Source of the DNA: Candidatus Micrarchaeota archaeon
GTDB taxonomy: Archaea > Micrarchaeota > Micrarchaeia > Micrarchaeales > CABMGC01
Direction: 5' to 3'
DNA length: 59,596 bases
NCBI GenBank assembly: GCA_021848025.1
Contig: JAJZND010000025.1
Span: 44,718 to 104,313, forward strand
Shown here: positions 1-9,183 of the stretch, piece after piece
Layout: each line of letters begins with the position of its first letter
How positions within the stretch are numbered: position 1 is the stretch's first letter
Notes under the pieces: generated by a model
Databases searched by the model: none
What the model saw: only the letters and a program-made list of their open reading frames with translations
Told to the model about the DNA's origin: nothing
Position numbers and translations under genes: made by a program

Positions 1-2
1 AC

Positions 3-488
3 GAATCAATGAGGTACGGCGGGGGAATGACGGACATGCTGAATGACATAGCAAAAGACATAAGGAATCAGCAGACGATACAGAAGGAGATATCCGGCCA
101 GCTCTTTATGTACACGATCTTCATCTCTTTCGCTGCAATAATAGGAGCGCCTGCGCTTTACGCGCTTACGGACAAGATGATAGCTATAACAGACAACGTA
201 TGGGCAGGGATATTGCAGCAGAATCCGGGAGGCCTGCCTTCCACAGGAGTCAGCTTCCTCAAGCCCAGCCCTCCCAAAGTTACACAGGGTGAATACAATG
301 ATTTTGCTATACTGGCGATACTGATAATCTCGGCTTTAGGGTCTTTCATTGTCTCTGTGATAATGAACGGATCGGTCATAAGAGGCATAAGATATCTGCC
401 TATCTTCCTTCTAATCGGCTTTACTGTCTTCTTCATTACAGGCTTTGTGATAAGCTCTATCTTCAACGGCATCGCACCCGGAAGCTGA
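3..488 (+). CDS. C-terminal part of a TadC/FlaJ/PilC-like (T2SS-F family) pilus/archaellum platform membrane protein; 5' end lies outside the window
   Basis: The reading frame is open back to the window edge. It has several hydrophobic helices (FMYTIFISFAAIIGAPALYAL, FAILAILIISALGSFIVSVIM, IFLLIGFTVFFITGFVISSIF). It lies next to three pilin-like genes. The family assignment is by pattern only. Confidence 0.45.
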   Translation, partial: ESMRYGGGMTDMLNDIAKDIRNQQTIQKEISGQLFMYTIFISFAAIIGAPALYALTDKMIAITDNVWAGILQQNPGGLPSTGVSFLKPSPPKVTQGEYNDFAILAILIISALGSFIVSVIMNGSVIRGIRYLPIFLLIGFTVFFITGFVISSIFNGIAPGS

Positions 489-733
489 AGGCAGATGCTG
501 CTCCGGGAGCTTTGGCTGTCAGGCTTTGCATGGAACCTGGTATTTTCTTGCCGGGCATCTTGAATGAAAGTGCCTCAGCTTATATTATATCATAGCGCTT
601 CTGCGACCCATACCTAAAAACAGGATACTTGGTAGCAGCTCTTTTCTGTAATGCGGCTAAGTGCATATAGCCATAACTGCGCATGCGCTCCGCACATAGA
701 AAAGTGTTCTTTAAAGCAGATTTGCACTGCCTC

Positions 734-1264
734 TTAGCCTATTCCGAAGGTGGTGTTTGTCCAGATCTCTGTTTTCATCGTCCCTTTCTGTCCGGCAACT
801 ATTATGGGCAGGCTTGAGACCTGGACTGATGTGGCAGACTGGCCCTGCGGACTCTTGCCTATTGTTATGTTAAGGCCGCCGTTCAGCGCTATATCAACGT
901 AATAATCGTAAGCTATCCCGAGAATCGGCTTTGTCGCCTGATAGTCGTGGCTTGACATCGCCTCAAGCGTCTCAATCTTGCCCTCTGAGAGCCCTGCTCC
1001 CTGGCCTATTCCGAGGCCTACGCTTACATTCTGCCAGGTAGAGGTCTTTGTAGGCTGCACAAGATTCTGCCAGTTCGTACTGCCTGTGGAAAGGAGCCTT
1101 GAATCAAGCTGCTGAAGCTCGTTCTGCATGCTGCCGGTGTTGTCGCCGTTGGCTATTGCGAACTGATTGCTTATGCCCAGCCACACGCTCGTCAGCACCA
1201 GTATTGCGACTATGAATATGAAGAGCGCAAAGATTATGTCGAATGACCAGAACTGGGCCTTCAT
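734..1264 (-). CDS. type IV pilin-like protein with class III (prepilin-type) signal peptide
   Basis: The N-terminus MKAQFWSFDIIFALFIFIVAILVL has a short basic head, a Q, then an unbroken hydrophobic helix. The start overlaps the stop of the upstream gene by ATGA (1261-1264). Confidence 0.5.
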   Translation of the reverse strand: MKAQFWSFDIIFALFIFIVAILVLTSVWLGISNQFAIANGDNTGSMQNELQQLDSRLLSTGSTNWQNLVQPTKTSTWQNVSVGLGIGQGAGLSEGKIETLEAMSSHDYQATKPILGIAYDYYVDIALNGGLNITIGKSPQGQSATSVQVSSLPIIVAGQKGTMKTEIWTNTTFGIG

Positions 1265-4200
1265 TTTATCACACCCATAGGCATGCTTACCGACTCCGAT
1301 TGCGGGATTCCTCCTAGATAAATCCGGTACAGCTGAGTTTTATTCAGCGTGTAGTTATATGTCTGCAGGTCTGCTATCGAGCCATTCATGCTCAGGAACG
1401 GCTCGCCTTTCAGATAGCCGATGTTGCAGCCTATGCCCATGTAATCAGTATTTGGATTTGACTCGTCCTGGCTTGTTCCTGTCTGGTTCAGCGTATCCAA
1501 GTACATATTCACTATTCCGGTATTTGCGCCTCCCCTTGAAAGCGTGACCGCCACGAAAGACCATGCATCTAGAGGCACATGCAATGTGGAAGTATAGTTG
1601 TGCCTTGTAGACGCCTGGTAGTTGTAGACGCTCTCGGCCAATGTGCCGTTGGAATTGATGAAGAAGGAGAGCGTGGAGCCTGGTGAGCCCTCCGAGTATA
1701 TATCCTCTGATGAACCTGATGGGGCGTATTCAAAAGGATAGACCCATGCCGCGATGGTGAAGTTGGATTTCGAATTCAGGAAATGGTGCGGCGAGGCAGT
1801 ATATGATGCAATGCAGCTCATGTAGCCATTGAAGTTCATGCCGCTCTTGCCTAAGGAATAGACAAACTGTGGCGTAGATGCGTACGCGTCAGTGTACACT
1901 GCGCCATAAGAAGTTGCATTGTCATGGCCAAGGCTGTAGTCAGTGGTGTTTCCATCGAGAAGCCACCAGCCTGAAAGCTGGGCGTTGCTTATGGGAAGGC
2001 CTGCGATGCCTCTTTTGTATAGGGAATAGACCTGGCTGCTGGAGAGCGCTTTTCCGTATAATTGTACGTTTGAGAGGGTATCGTTGGCATAACCATCGCT
2101 GTCTGATGGTCCGCCGAATGCCAAAACACTGCTGGTTGTGGGTATTATGCCATTATATTCGTAGGAGCAGTATGGATATCCATTGACATAGCTCTGCACT
2201 ACAGAGCCGTTGAAGGTAAAGCCTACAAAATACAGCTTACGCGGTATGAGCGGGTAAGGAAAGGATGTACAGCTTTTCGATGAGCCTATATAACCTGAGA
2301 ACTCTCCAGGGATGGCAGATCCGAATTGGCCTATTGACATTCCGTATGAGCCTTCTTTCTGCATAATCGCAGTTATGGCTCCGGGCGGGTAGTTAAGATT
2401 TGGCGTAACCCAGGCGAAAGCGCTCATCTGGCTTGACGGCGAGATGGACAATGCATTGGATACCTGCATATAATTTACCGAAGACAAATTAGCTGTAAGT
2501 ATTGAGGACGAATTGAGGCTCAGCGGTGTTAGGCTGGTTTTCGAAAACTGGAGACCGCCATAGATGGTTGCATTGTATTCGTTAGGGCCGTAGTCTTCAG
2601 CATCGCCATCGAGCGGATACCATGCAAGAAGTATGCCCTTTTCAGGAAGACCAGAGATGCCCATATTGTAAAGATTCTCAAGCTGCGCCTCAGTCAGGAT
2701 TGAAGAAACATACACCTGCATGTTTGCTATTGAGCCGTTGAAGAAGGAATTGAGCGAGCCGGCCCTGCCTATGTTCTCGTAGCTGGCAGGACTGGATGAC
2801 GAAAACGAGCTTTCAACAGCAGAGCCTGCAGGCTGGCCGTTTATGAAAGCGTTGATTGAGTAATAGCTCGGCGAAGGGGAAAACTCTATTGCAAGGTTGT
2901 ACCAGCGGCCAGGCTCAATTGCTATGGAAGAGGGTATGGACGCGCATCCACCCGGATACTGCACATAGATTGTGTTATAGGAGACCCCGGCGCCCAAGCC
3001 TACGTCCATTATGTTGCCATTGTCAAACAGAGTCGCGCCTGTCGCGCATGAAGACTGGGAGGCGCTTAGCTTAGCGGCATTGAACCACAGGGTAAACGTG
3101 TATTGCGCGCCTGATGACAGGCTTATAGGTGCAGAGATGTAGCTGTCTTTTCCATTGAATGTTGCAGTATAAGCAGGATAGCTCCATGATGTATTAGTTG
3201 AAGTAAATTGGCGGGTGCTGTTACTTGCTAAGTTAAACATCTCCCTGCCCTGCCCTTGATTCATCGGCAGCCACGTGAAAAGCTTTGAAACTTCCTGGCC
3301 GTTAAAGAGGGTTGCCCGTACATTGGCAATTCCGCTCTGCGCTCCCTGGTTTACGAAGGCCGAAACTGTGCCGGTGTATCCTGTGGCGCCTACAGTGAAA
3401 GGCGTAAGGTTCGAATTTAAATATCCGATAGAAGTTGAGAATGCGACCTTTGCATCCTGCACAGGAGCGCCGTATATCGTGCTTACCTTTGCGGTCACTT
3501 CTCCGGTTGTCGGAAAGACCACTGCGCCATTGGCATAGCCATTATTATCATATATACTGTAATCATTGAAATCGCCGGAAAGCGGCCACCAGCCTGCCAG
3601 GTACTGCGTTGAAGAAGGTTCAGCTGCAATCCCGCCCGAATATAGTGAAGTGCCGCTGAGGGTAGTGCTATATAACTGCATGTTTGCGACAAGGCCATTG
3701 AATCCGGGCGATCCTATAGTCCCGATTCCGTTGGAAGAGCCTAAGAGGCAGGGGATTGGAGAATTCTCCTCTACGCCGCTTATATCTACATAGCACGTTG
3801 TGCCCGTATCCACTGAAACCAGGTCATACCACGTGCCAGGGTAGAACTGAAGGCTGTTGTATACGGCTGAGCCGGGGAATGTGCAGCTTAGCATATTGCC
3901 TGTATCGACAGAGCATGATTCCAGGCCAGGCAGGTTGTAGATCTGTTTGCCCGCGTCTGATTCGTTGTAGTATACCCAGGCAGAGAGCGTGAAGATAGGC
4001 GTGCTTACTCCGGTTATCTGCGGTATTATTATCTGCGAGCTGCCATCGAATTCTGCCACATTTGTGCTCTGTACGCTTAGATTCAGGACATCGCCGGATG
4101 TGCCTAATGCTGCAGTGCATGGCGTATCTATGCAGATCAGTCCATATGAATTATAAATCTGCACATAATTCCCGCTTAGACCTGAGCCAGGAGCAAGCAC

Positions 4201-4530
4201 GGACTTGGCATCGCTATATGCCAGCACGGTAACTTTCTGCTTTGCCAGATACGCATTAACAGTAACTATCCCAGTGCCTGTGACGTTTATGCCACCTATG
4301 GTTATGCCGCTTATCCCGTATATAGGGATATTTGCCTGATATCCATTGCCTGCTGCAACTGCGCTGTCTATCTGCTGCGCTATCTCCTGCGCTATCGACT
4401 GCACCTGTGAGTAGGTCTGCTGGTTCACTACCAGTACCCGCTGGTTTGCTATGACCGCGAAGATAAAGATGAAGACCGCGAGTACGAATGAGAAAACGAG
4501 CATGAATTCAAGTGAGATCTGCAGTTTCAT
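1261..4530 (-). CDS. giant pilin-like adhesin: class III signal peptide plus at least four tandem LamG/concanavalin-A-like lectin modules
   Basis: The N-terminus is MKLQISLEFMLVFSFVLAVFIFIF (QxSxE motif). Module-start strings recur: LAGWWPLSGDFNDYS, LLAWYPLDGDAEDYG, LSGWWLLDGNTTDYS. Module-end strings recur: ANMQLYSTTLSG, IANMQVYVSSILTEAQLENLY, LSNVQLYGKALSSSQVYSLY, IADLQTYNYTLNKTQLYRIY. Confidence 0.6.
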   Translation of the reverse strand: MKLQISLEFMLVFSFVLAVFIFIFAVIANQRVLVVNQQTYSQVQSIAQEIAQQIDSAVAAGNGYQANIPIYGISGITIGGINVTGTGIVTVNAYLAKQKVTVLAYSDAKSVLAPGSGLSGNYVQIYNSYGLICIDTPCTAALGTSGDVLNLSVQSTNVAEFDGSSQIIIPQITGVSTPIFTLSAWVYYNESDAGKQIYNLPGLESCSVDTGNMLSCTFPGSAVYNSLQFYPGTWYDLVSVDTGTTCYVDISGVEENSPIPCLLGSSNGIGTIGSPGFNGLVANMQLYSTTLSGTSLYSGGIAAEPSSTQYLAGWWPLSGDFNDYSIYDNNGYANGAVVFPTTGEVTAKVSTIYGAPVQDAKVAFSTSIGYLNSNLTPFTVGATGYTGTVSAFVNQGAQSGIANVRATLFNGQEVSKLFTWLPMNQGQGREMFNLASNSTRQFTSTNTSWSYPAYTATFNGKDSYISAPISLSSGAQYTFTLWFNAAKLSASQSSCATGATLFDNGNIMDVGLGAGVSYNTIYVQYPGGCASIPSSIAIEPGRWYNLAIEFSPSPSYYSINAFINGQPAGSAVESSFSSSSPASYENIGRAGSLNSFFNGSIANMQVYVSSILTEAQLENLYNMGISGLPEKGILLAWYPLDGDAEDYGPNEYNATIYGGLQFSKTSLTPLSLNSSSILTANLSSVNYMQVSNALSISPSSQMSAFAWVTPNLNYPPGAITAIMQKEGSYGMSIGQFGSAIPGEFSGYIGSSKSCTSFPYPLIPRKLYFVGFTFNGSVVQSYVNGYPYCSYEYNGIIPTTSSVLAFGGPSDSDGYANDTLSNVQLYGKALSSSQVYSLYKRGIAGLPISNAQLSGWWLLDGNTTDYSLGHDNATSYGAVYTDAYASTPQFVYSLGKSGMNFNGYMSCIASYTASPHHFLNSKSNFTIAAWVYPFEYAPSGSSEDIYSEGSPGSTLSFFINSNGTLAESVYNYQASTRHNYTSTLHVPLDAWSFVAVTLSRGGANTGIVNMYLDTLNQTGTSQDESNPNTDYMGIGCNIGYLKGEPFLSMNGSIADLQTYNYTLNKTQLYRIYLGGIPQSESVSMPMGVIK

Positions 4531-4551
4531 TCAAACACTTGTTGCAGCGCA

Positions 4552-5028
4552 TTACACCTCCGGCAGCATATATACGCAAGGTATGCTGAGGTCTGAAGGG
4601 CAGTTCTGCTGGTAAGTCACATTGATGAGATAGGTTCCTGCTGCTGAGAGACCGCCCAGATTGCCGCTGACATTCAGTGGCGTATAAGATGTTACATAGC
4701 TAAGCCCCACAGGAGACCTTACGAGAAAGATAATCTCATGCCCGACGCCGTCTGCTGCGGTGCCTACTTCTATGCCAGCCACGCCCTGAGGCACTTCTAC
4801 CTGCACGAGCTCCTTTGCAGGATAACCCTCTCCGCCTATTACAGTTGCTATTGTCGATAGCTTGTTAGCTGCTTGCTGAGCCTCTATTGATGAAAGGGAT
4901 GAATTGGTATTCGAAAGCTGTATGAACGCTATTATGACAAGCGGCAAGAGTATTGCCAGGCCAAAAGACATGGTTATAAGCAATTCGAAACTTGACTGAA
5001 TCCTGCGATTGCTGTTTTTAGCGTACAT
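4552..5028 (-). CDS. type IV pilin-like protein with class III signal peptide
   Basis: An internal ATG at 5028 gives MYAKNSNRRIQSSFELLITMSFGLAILLPLVIIAF (basic head, QxSxE, hydrophobic helix). This start removes the overlap with the upstream CBS gene. Confidence 0.5.
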   Translation of the reverse strand: MYAKNSNRRIQSSFELLITMSFGLAILLPLVIIAFIQLSNTNSSLSSIEAQQAANKLSTIATVIGGEGYPAKELVQVEVPQGVAGIEVGTAADGVGHEIIFLVRSPVGLSYVTSYTPLNVSGNLGGLSAAGTYLINVTYQQNCPSDLSIPCVYMLPEV

Positions 5029-5035
5029 CCATAAC

Positions 5036-6175
5036 TCACTCTGCATCTTCTTCAGGCACATTTTCACGCTTATGCGCCAGGTATATTATCTCTTTTCTGT
5101 TCCTTATGATTCCGTATGCTTTATTTATGGCATCGTTTAAAACCCTTTCCATTGAATAGCCCGAAGTAGCTATCGAAACTGCGCCTCTTTCGGTAAGGAA
5201 GATCCGCAGTTTTACCTCGTAGTTCTTGTCTTTAAGCCTTTTTACATTGGCTGAAACGCCAGTGGTTTGTATCTTATGGAACCTGTTTAGCTTCTCCATC
5301 AGCGCGCTCAGATCCTCTTTTATATCGTCCTCGTACTCCTTGGTGTAGCTGTCAAGTCCAGAAAGAGTTATCCTGTTCTCCCTGCTTGAGGACTCCTTTG
5401 CAATGACCTCGAAGACATCCTTCACGGTAACTACCCCTATGGGCCTGCTGTCCCCAACCACCATGAGCGAAGAAACCTTGTTTTTCACGAAACTCCTTAT
5501 CGCATCGTCTATGCTGGCATCCTTGCTTATTGAATAGATGTTCCTGTTAGAGGCTTCTCCCACGCTGATATCCGGCTGAACAGAGGATCTGGGCATAATC
5601 ACCCTACTGCGGGACTGCATCAGATACTTCATTATATCTTTATACGTCAAGATGCCGCTTGCACCATTCTTTGACATTACGATCAGACGCTTGACCCTAT
5701 TCTTGTCCATGGCCGCCTTAGCCTGGCCAAGGTTCGCATCTTCATTTATGGCGAGTATCGGAGTCGACATTATCTCCTGCACCTTGTAATCCGAAATGAG
5801 ATGGAGTGAAAGCATGGCCTTGAGCAGCGAATTCCTGTGAACTATGCCCTTTATCTTGCCTTCCTCGCGATATGCCAAGGCCTTTGAGCCTGACTCATAG
5901 AAATCTATTATCGCTTTGTCTATTGAGGTTGAGCTGTCAAGCACAGGCGCTTTCTTCGCAAATTTCGAAATTGACTCGCGCTTTCCGATGTCAAGATTCT
6001 TTTTTGACTGTATCGATCTTTCATCAACTATTCCAAAATAATCCTTCCCGTTCAGCACTACGACTGCACCATACTTGCTTACTTTCTCAATCGCCTTTGT
6101 AAGAGGCGATTTTGAGTCGAAAAATTCTGTACTTGAGACAAACTCCTTTGGTATTGGCTGGAAAGCTAGTTTCAT
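5036..6175 (-). CDS. CBS-domain protein (about four CBS repeats) with a C-terminal HPF/RaiA-like (ribosome-hibernation-factor-like) module
   Basis: CBS-type strings repeat (GIVDERSI, KGIVHRNSLLKAM, GILTYKDIMKYL, IGVVTVKDVFEVI). The C-terminal ~100 aa (ITLSGLDSYTKEYEDDIKEDLSALMEKLNRF...YEVKLRIFLTERGAVSIATSGYSMERVLNDAINKAYGIIRNRKE) follows the beta-alpha-beta-beta-beta-alpha pattern of HPF/YfiA. Confidence 0.6.
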   Translation of the reverse strand: MKLAFQPIPKEFVSSTEFFDSKSPLTKAIEKVSKYGAVVVLNGKDYFGIVDERSIQSKKNLDIGKRESISKFAKKAPVLDSSTSIDKAIIDFYESGSKALAYREEGKIKGIVHRNSLLKAMLSLHLISDYKVQEIMSTPILAINEDANLGQAKAAMDKNRVKRLIVMSKNGASGILTYKDIMKYLMQSRSRVIMPRSSVQPDISVGEASNRNIYSISKDASIDDAIRSFVKNKVSSLMVVGDSRPIGVVTVKDVFEVIAKESSSRENRITLSGLDSYTKEYEDDIKEDLSALMEKLNRFHKIQTTGVSANVKRLKDKNYEVKLRIFLTERGAVSIATSGYSMERVLNDAINKAYGIIRNRKEIIYLAHKRENVPEEDAE

Positions 6176-6273
6176 AGGTATAACCCCAAATTCTAATAGC
6201 TAGAAGGGTTTATGCATTTATATTTATTTGCTAAGAGATAAGGTTAAATGCAACATCTTGAGAGAAGCGTTGT

Positions 6274-6344
6274 GCCAGGATGGCAGATCGGCTATGCGCC
6301 CGCCTGCAGAGCGGGATAGAGGGGTTCGACTCCCTTCCCTGGCT
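6274..6344 (+). tRNA. tRNA-Cys (anticodon GCA)
   Basis: Hand fold: acceptor GCCAGGA/CCCTGGC (one mismatch at 7:66), anticodon arm CCCGC-CTGCAGA-GCGGG, T arm AGGGG-TTCGACT-CCCTT. The discriminator is U, as expected for Cys. No CCA is encoded. Confidence 0.85.
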
Positions 6345-6573
6345 ATCTCAGTACTAAGAAGGGGCATGCAATAGATAAACCGGATATTGGCGCATCTGGA
6401 TTTGCAGACGGCATTCTATTGCAGTGCCAGAATGGAATGCGATTACCGTGGCGGACTGCGAAACAGCACACTGCCCTCTTGCATCCAGGCATGCACAATG
6501 AAAACATTTATAGGCATGGAGTGTTTATAAATATTCAAGCTTATTTTATGTCTTTAACGTAGAGGATATTCTG

Positions 6574-6972
6574 ATGACCTGGAGAAGAATAGCTTTTCTG
6601 ACACTTTTTGGTATCGTAGCTTCGCTTGGACTGCTACATTTGCTTAGCGGCAGGGCCATCATTGTGGCATGGACTATCCTTGCGCTTCTGGCATTTCTTG
6701 ATCTGACCTACGCACTCCTCGAGTCCTTCCGGATGGCAGTTGGCATCGACAATTACCAGGAGGAGATATTCTACGAGAAGCTTGTTAATTCCATAGGCTT
6801 CGGCGCAATAACCGATATGGTGCTGTTGATGCTTGTTGCAGGCTTCCTGCTGCTGGAACTTAGCCCAATATGGGCAATTCTGGCCAGCGTAGTACTCATA
6901 TTTATAGCGTACATGCTCCCCAAGAAAGAGATTGACTTTGAGGAAGCTTATAAGAAAAAGGGAATTAAGTAG
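6574..6972 (+). CDS. small integral membrane protein, function unknown
   Basis: 132-aa ORF with about four hydrophobic helices. A TATA-like TTTATAAATA lies about 45 nt upstream. Confidence 0.4.
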   Translation: MTWRRIAFLTLFGIVASLGLLHLLSGRAIIVAWTILALLAFLDLTYALLESFRMAVGIDNYQEEIFYEKLVNSIGFGAITDMVLLMLVAGFLLLELSPIWAILASVVLIFIAYMLPKKEIDFEEAYKKKGIK

Positions 6973-6993
6973 AGGGTCCGGAGAAGTACGAGC

Positions 6994-8241
6994 TTAGCTG
7001 CTTAGCAATATTTTCAGCAGTTCTATTCCTTTTATTATTCCTATGCTGCCCCTGGTTCCTATCGATTCGTCAAACGGCAATTCCGGATCGGCTTTCCTTC
7101 CCTTCTGCCTTATCATCAACGGCACCGGATCTGCAGAGTGTCCTTTAAGAGAGCAGGGTGTTGCATGGTCTGCAGTGACGCAGACACCAGCATCTATTCC
7201 ATCTACAGCGCTAAAGAAGTTTGCGTCTATCTCCTCTAAAATCTCCTTCTTGAGCAATGCGTTGCCATCATGTCCCGGCTCATCCGGCCCTTTTATGTGT
7301 ACGTAAATAAAATCGTACAGGCTTTCATTTTCCAGGACCAGGCGCGCCATCTCAGCATACCTTTGCCGCCTGTCCTTGATCTGCTTTAGCATTATGGACT
7401 CCATGCCGAGCAGCTTCGAGATTCCTATCTCAACCGGCATCTCGGCCACGAATGCGAAGCTCTGACCGAATCTCTCTTTTAGAGGCTTGACTTTGGGAAG
7501 GCCCGTACCGGCATCCCTAAGCAGCAATGTGTTCGCCTCAGGAAGACCTTTCGCCCTTCTTGCAATATTCTCTTCGCATCCTGAGAGCTTCTTTATTACC
7601 TTATCGACAAAGAGGTTAATTATCTCAGCGCTTCTGGAGGCCTCTGCACTCTCATCGAGCGGTTCGGCCCTTGGCAGCACAGTGCTAGTTATCTCGGTTG
7701 CAACAGAGATCTTCCCTTTCCTTACATACCCTATATCTACGTTTGATACGTTTGGCGATGGTGCGGAATCACCGTCAAAATAAAATGCAACTACGCCACG
7801 GTGGCCTACTGTTGCCCTGAAATCAAATCGAACGCCCGGAATACCCAGATCTATGCTGTTTATGTATCCTTCAAACTTTTTTGCATCCCCGCTTTCTATC
7901 CTGCCTGCCCTCCTGTCGATAATGTTTCTTTGCGGATCGATGGTAGCGAAGTTGCACCTCATGGCAAGTGTCCTTCCGTCGATTTCCAGGCCGGCCCCGT
8001 ATGCTTCGAGAGGCCCCCTTCCAGTATAATCGCTGACATCGTAGCCAAGTATTGAGAAAACAGCGGCATCCGATTCCGGCGCTACTCCCTCGCTTATAGG
8101 ATAAAGCATGCCCTTTGCCGCTCCGGATGAGATGCTTTCCAGGTAAGGCATTTTTGCGCTCTGGAGCGGAGTCATGTTACCCAGATCGCCGTTCTTTCTG
8201 TCCCCTGCTCCGTCAAGCACGACAAGAAGTGTTTTCATCAT
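6994..8241 (-). CDS. apgM: 2,3-bisphosphoglycerate-independent phosphoglycerate mutase, archaeal type
   Basis: MMKTLLVVLDGAGDR at the N-terminus, then GHRGVVAF, VHIKGPDEPGHDG and VTADHATPC, which are metalloenzyme/alkaline-phosphatase-superfamily motifs typical of ApgM. The start was moved to the internal ATG pair at 8241/8238. Confidence 0.85.
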   Translation of the reverse strand: MMKTLLVVLDGAGDRKNGDLGNMTPLQSAKMPYLESISSGAAKGMLYPISEGVAPESDAAVFSILGYDVSDYTGRGPLEAYGAGLEIDGRTLAMRCNFATIDPQRNIIDRRAGRIESGDAKKFEGYINSIDLGIPGVRFDFRATVGHRGVVAFYFDGDSAPSPNVSNVDIGYVRKGKISVATEITSTVLPRAEPLDESAEASRSAEIINLFVDKVIKKLSGCEENIARRAKGLPEANTLLLRDAGTGLPKVKPLKERFGQSFAFVAEMPVEIGISKLLGMESIMLKQIKDRRQRYAEMARLVLENESLYDFIYVHIKGPDEPGHDGNALLKKEILEEIDANFFSAVDGIDAGVCVTADHATPCSLKGHSADPVPLMIRQKGRKADPELPFDESIGTRGSIGIIKGIELLKILLSS

Positions 8242-8358
8242 CTCACGATTAAGGAGATTGAAGGGCATCTTAATATATGTATTGCCCGTGCCCTGGTTTT
8301 TGAAGATGCTGCAGGGCATGCAAACAGGTTTTTAAGGACTATTACTTTATAGGTACTG

Positions 8359-9183
8359 ATGGATGACCTTCACAAGACAGTTAAGATGATAAAAGCTTTG
8401 AGGATCCAGGGGGCAGAGAACGTCGCCAAAGCTGCGATTGCGGCATGGTCAGGATGCGCAGACAAGAAAAAAGCAGAACGGGCGCTGATGAATGCGAGGC
8501 CTACAGAGCCAATGCTCCGAAACTCATTGCGATACCTGTCAAGATACGGGAATGCTGATGCTTTGATGAAAATGATACGTGAGGCAGATGCGAAGATAGC
8601 AGGATATGGAAGCAACCTCATTCCGAATGGCAGCACAGTGTATACGCATTGCCATTCTTCGACTGCCGAATCGATAATGCTTCTTTCTAGGAAGAAGGGC
8701 AGGGACTTTACCGTAAACCTTACCGAGACTAGGCCGTCATTTCAGGGAAGGCTTACAGCTCTCGCTCTTGCAGATCATGGAATAGAGGTTAACATGTATG
8801 TGGATTCTGCAGCTCTGCATGCCATAAAAGGAGCAGATCTGATGCTCATAGGCGCAGACGCCATAACCGCCGCAGGCTCGGCAATAAATAAGATAGGGAG
8901 CAACCTTTTTGCAGGAATTGCGCGCAGATTCGAAATCCCGGTATATGTAGCTTCATCAGTAATGAAGTTCGATCCGGAAACAGTTTATGGAAGACTGGAA
9001 AGGATAGAGGCAAGATCCGGAGCTGAAGTATGGAATGTGCATAAGAGAAATATACATATAGTAAACAAGGTCTTCGAAGAAGTAGAACCGAAAAACATAA
9101 ACGCCTTCATTACCGAGTTTGGAGTGATAGACTCCGGCTCGCTGATGGACGAGATTCGCAGGCATTATGGGTGGATGTTTTGA
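8359..9183 (+). CDS. e2b2: ribose-1,5-bisphosphate isomerase (eIF-2B alpha/beta/delta-like family)
   Basis: e2b2-family pattern (VYTHCHSSTAE, TETRPSFQGR, LIGADAITAAGSAINKIGS). It lies immediately upstream of form III RuBisCO and overlaps it. Confidence 0.8.
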   Translation: MDDLHKTVKMIKALRIQGAENVAKAAIAAWSGCADKKKAERALMNARPTEPMLRNSLRYLSRYGNADALMKMIREADAKIAGYGSNLIPNGSTVYTHCHSSTAESIMLLSRKKGRDFTVNLTETRPSFQGRLTALALADHGIEVNMYVDSAALHAIKGADLMLIGADAITAAGSAINKIGSNLFAGIARRFEIPVYVASSVMKFDPETVYGRLERIEARSGAEVWNVHKRNIHIVNKVFEEVEPKNINAFITEFGVIDSGSLMDEIRRHYGWMF

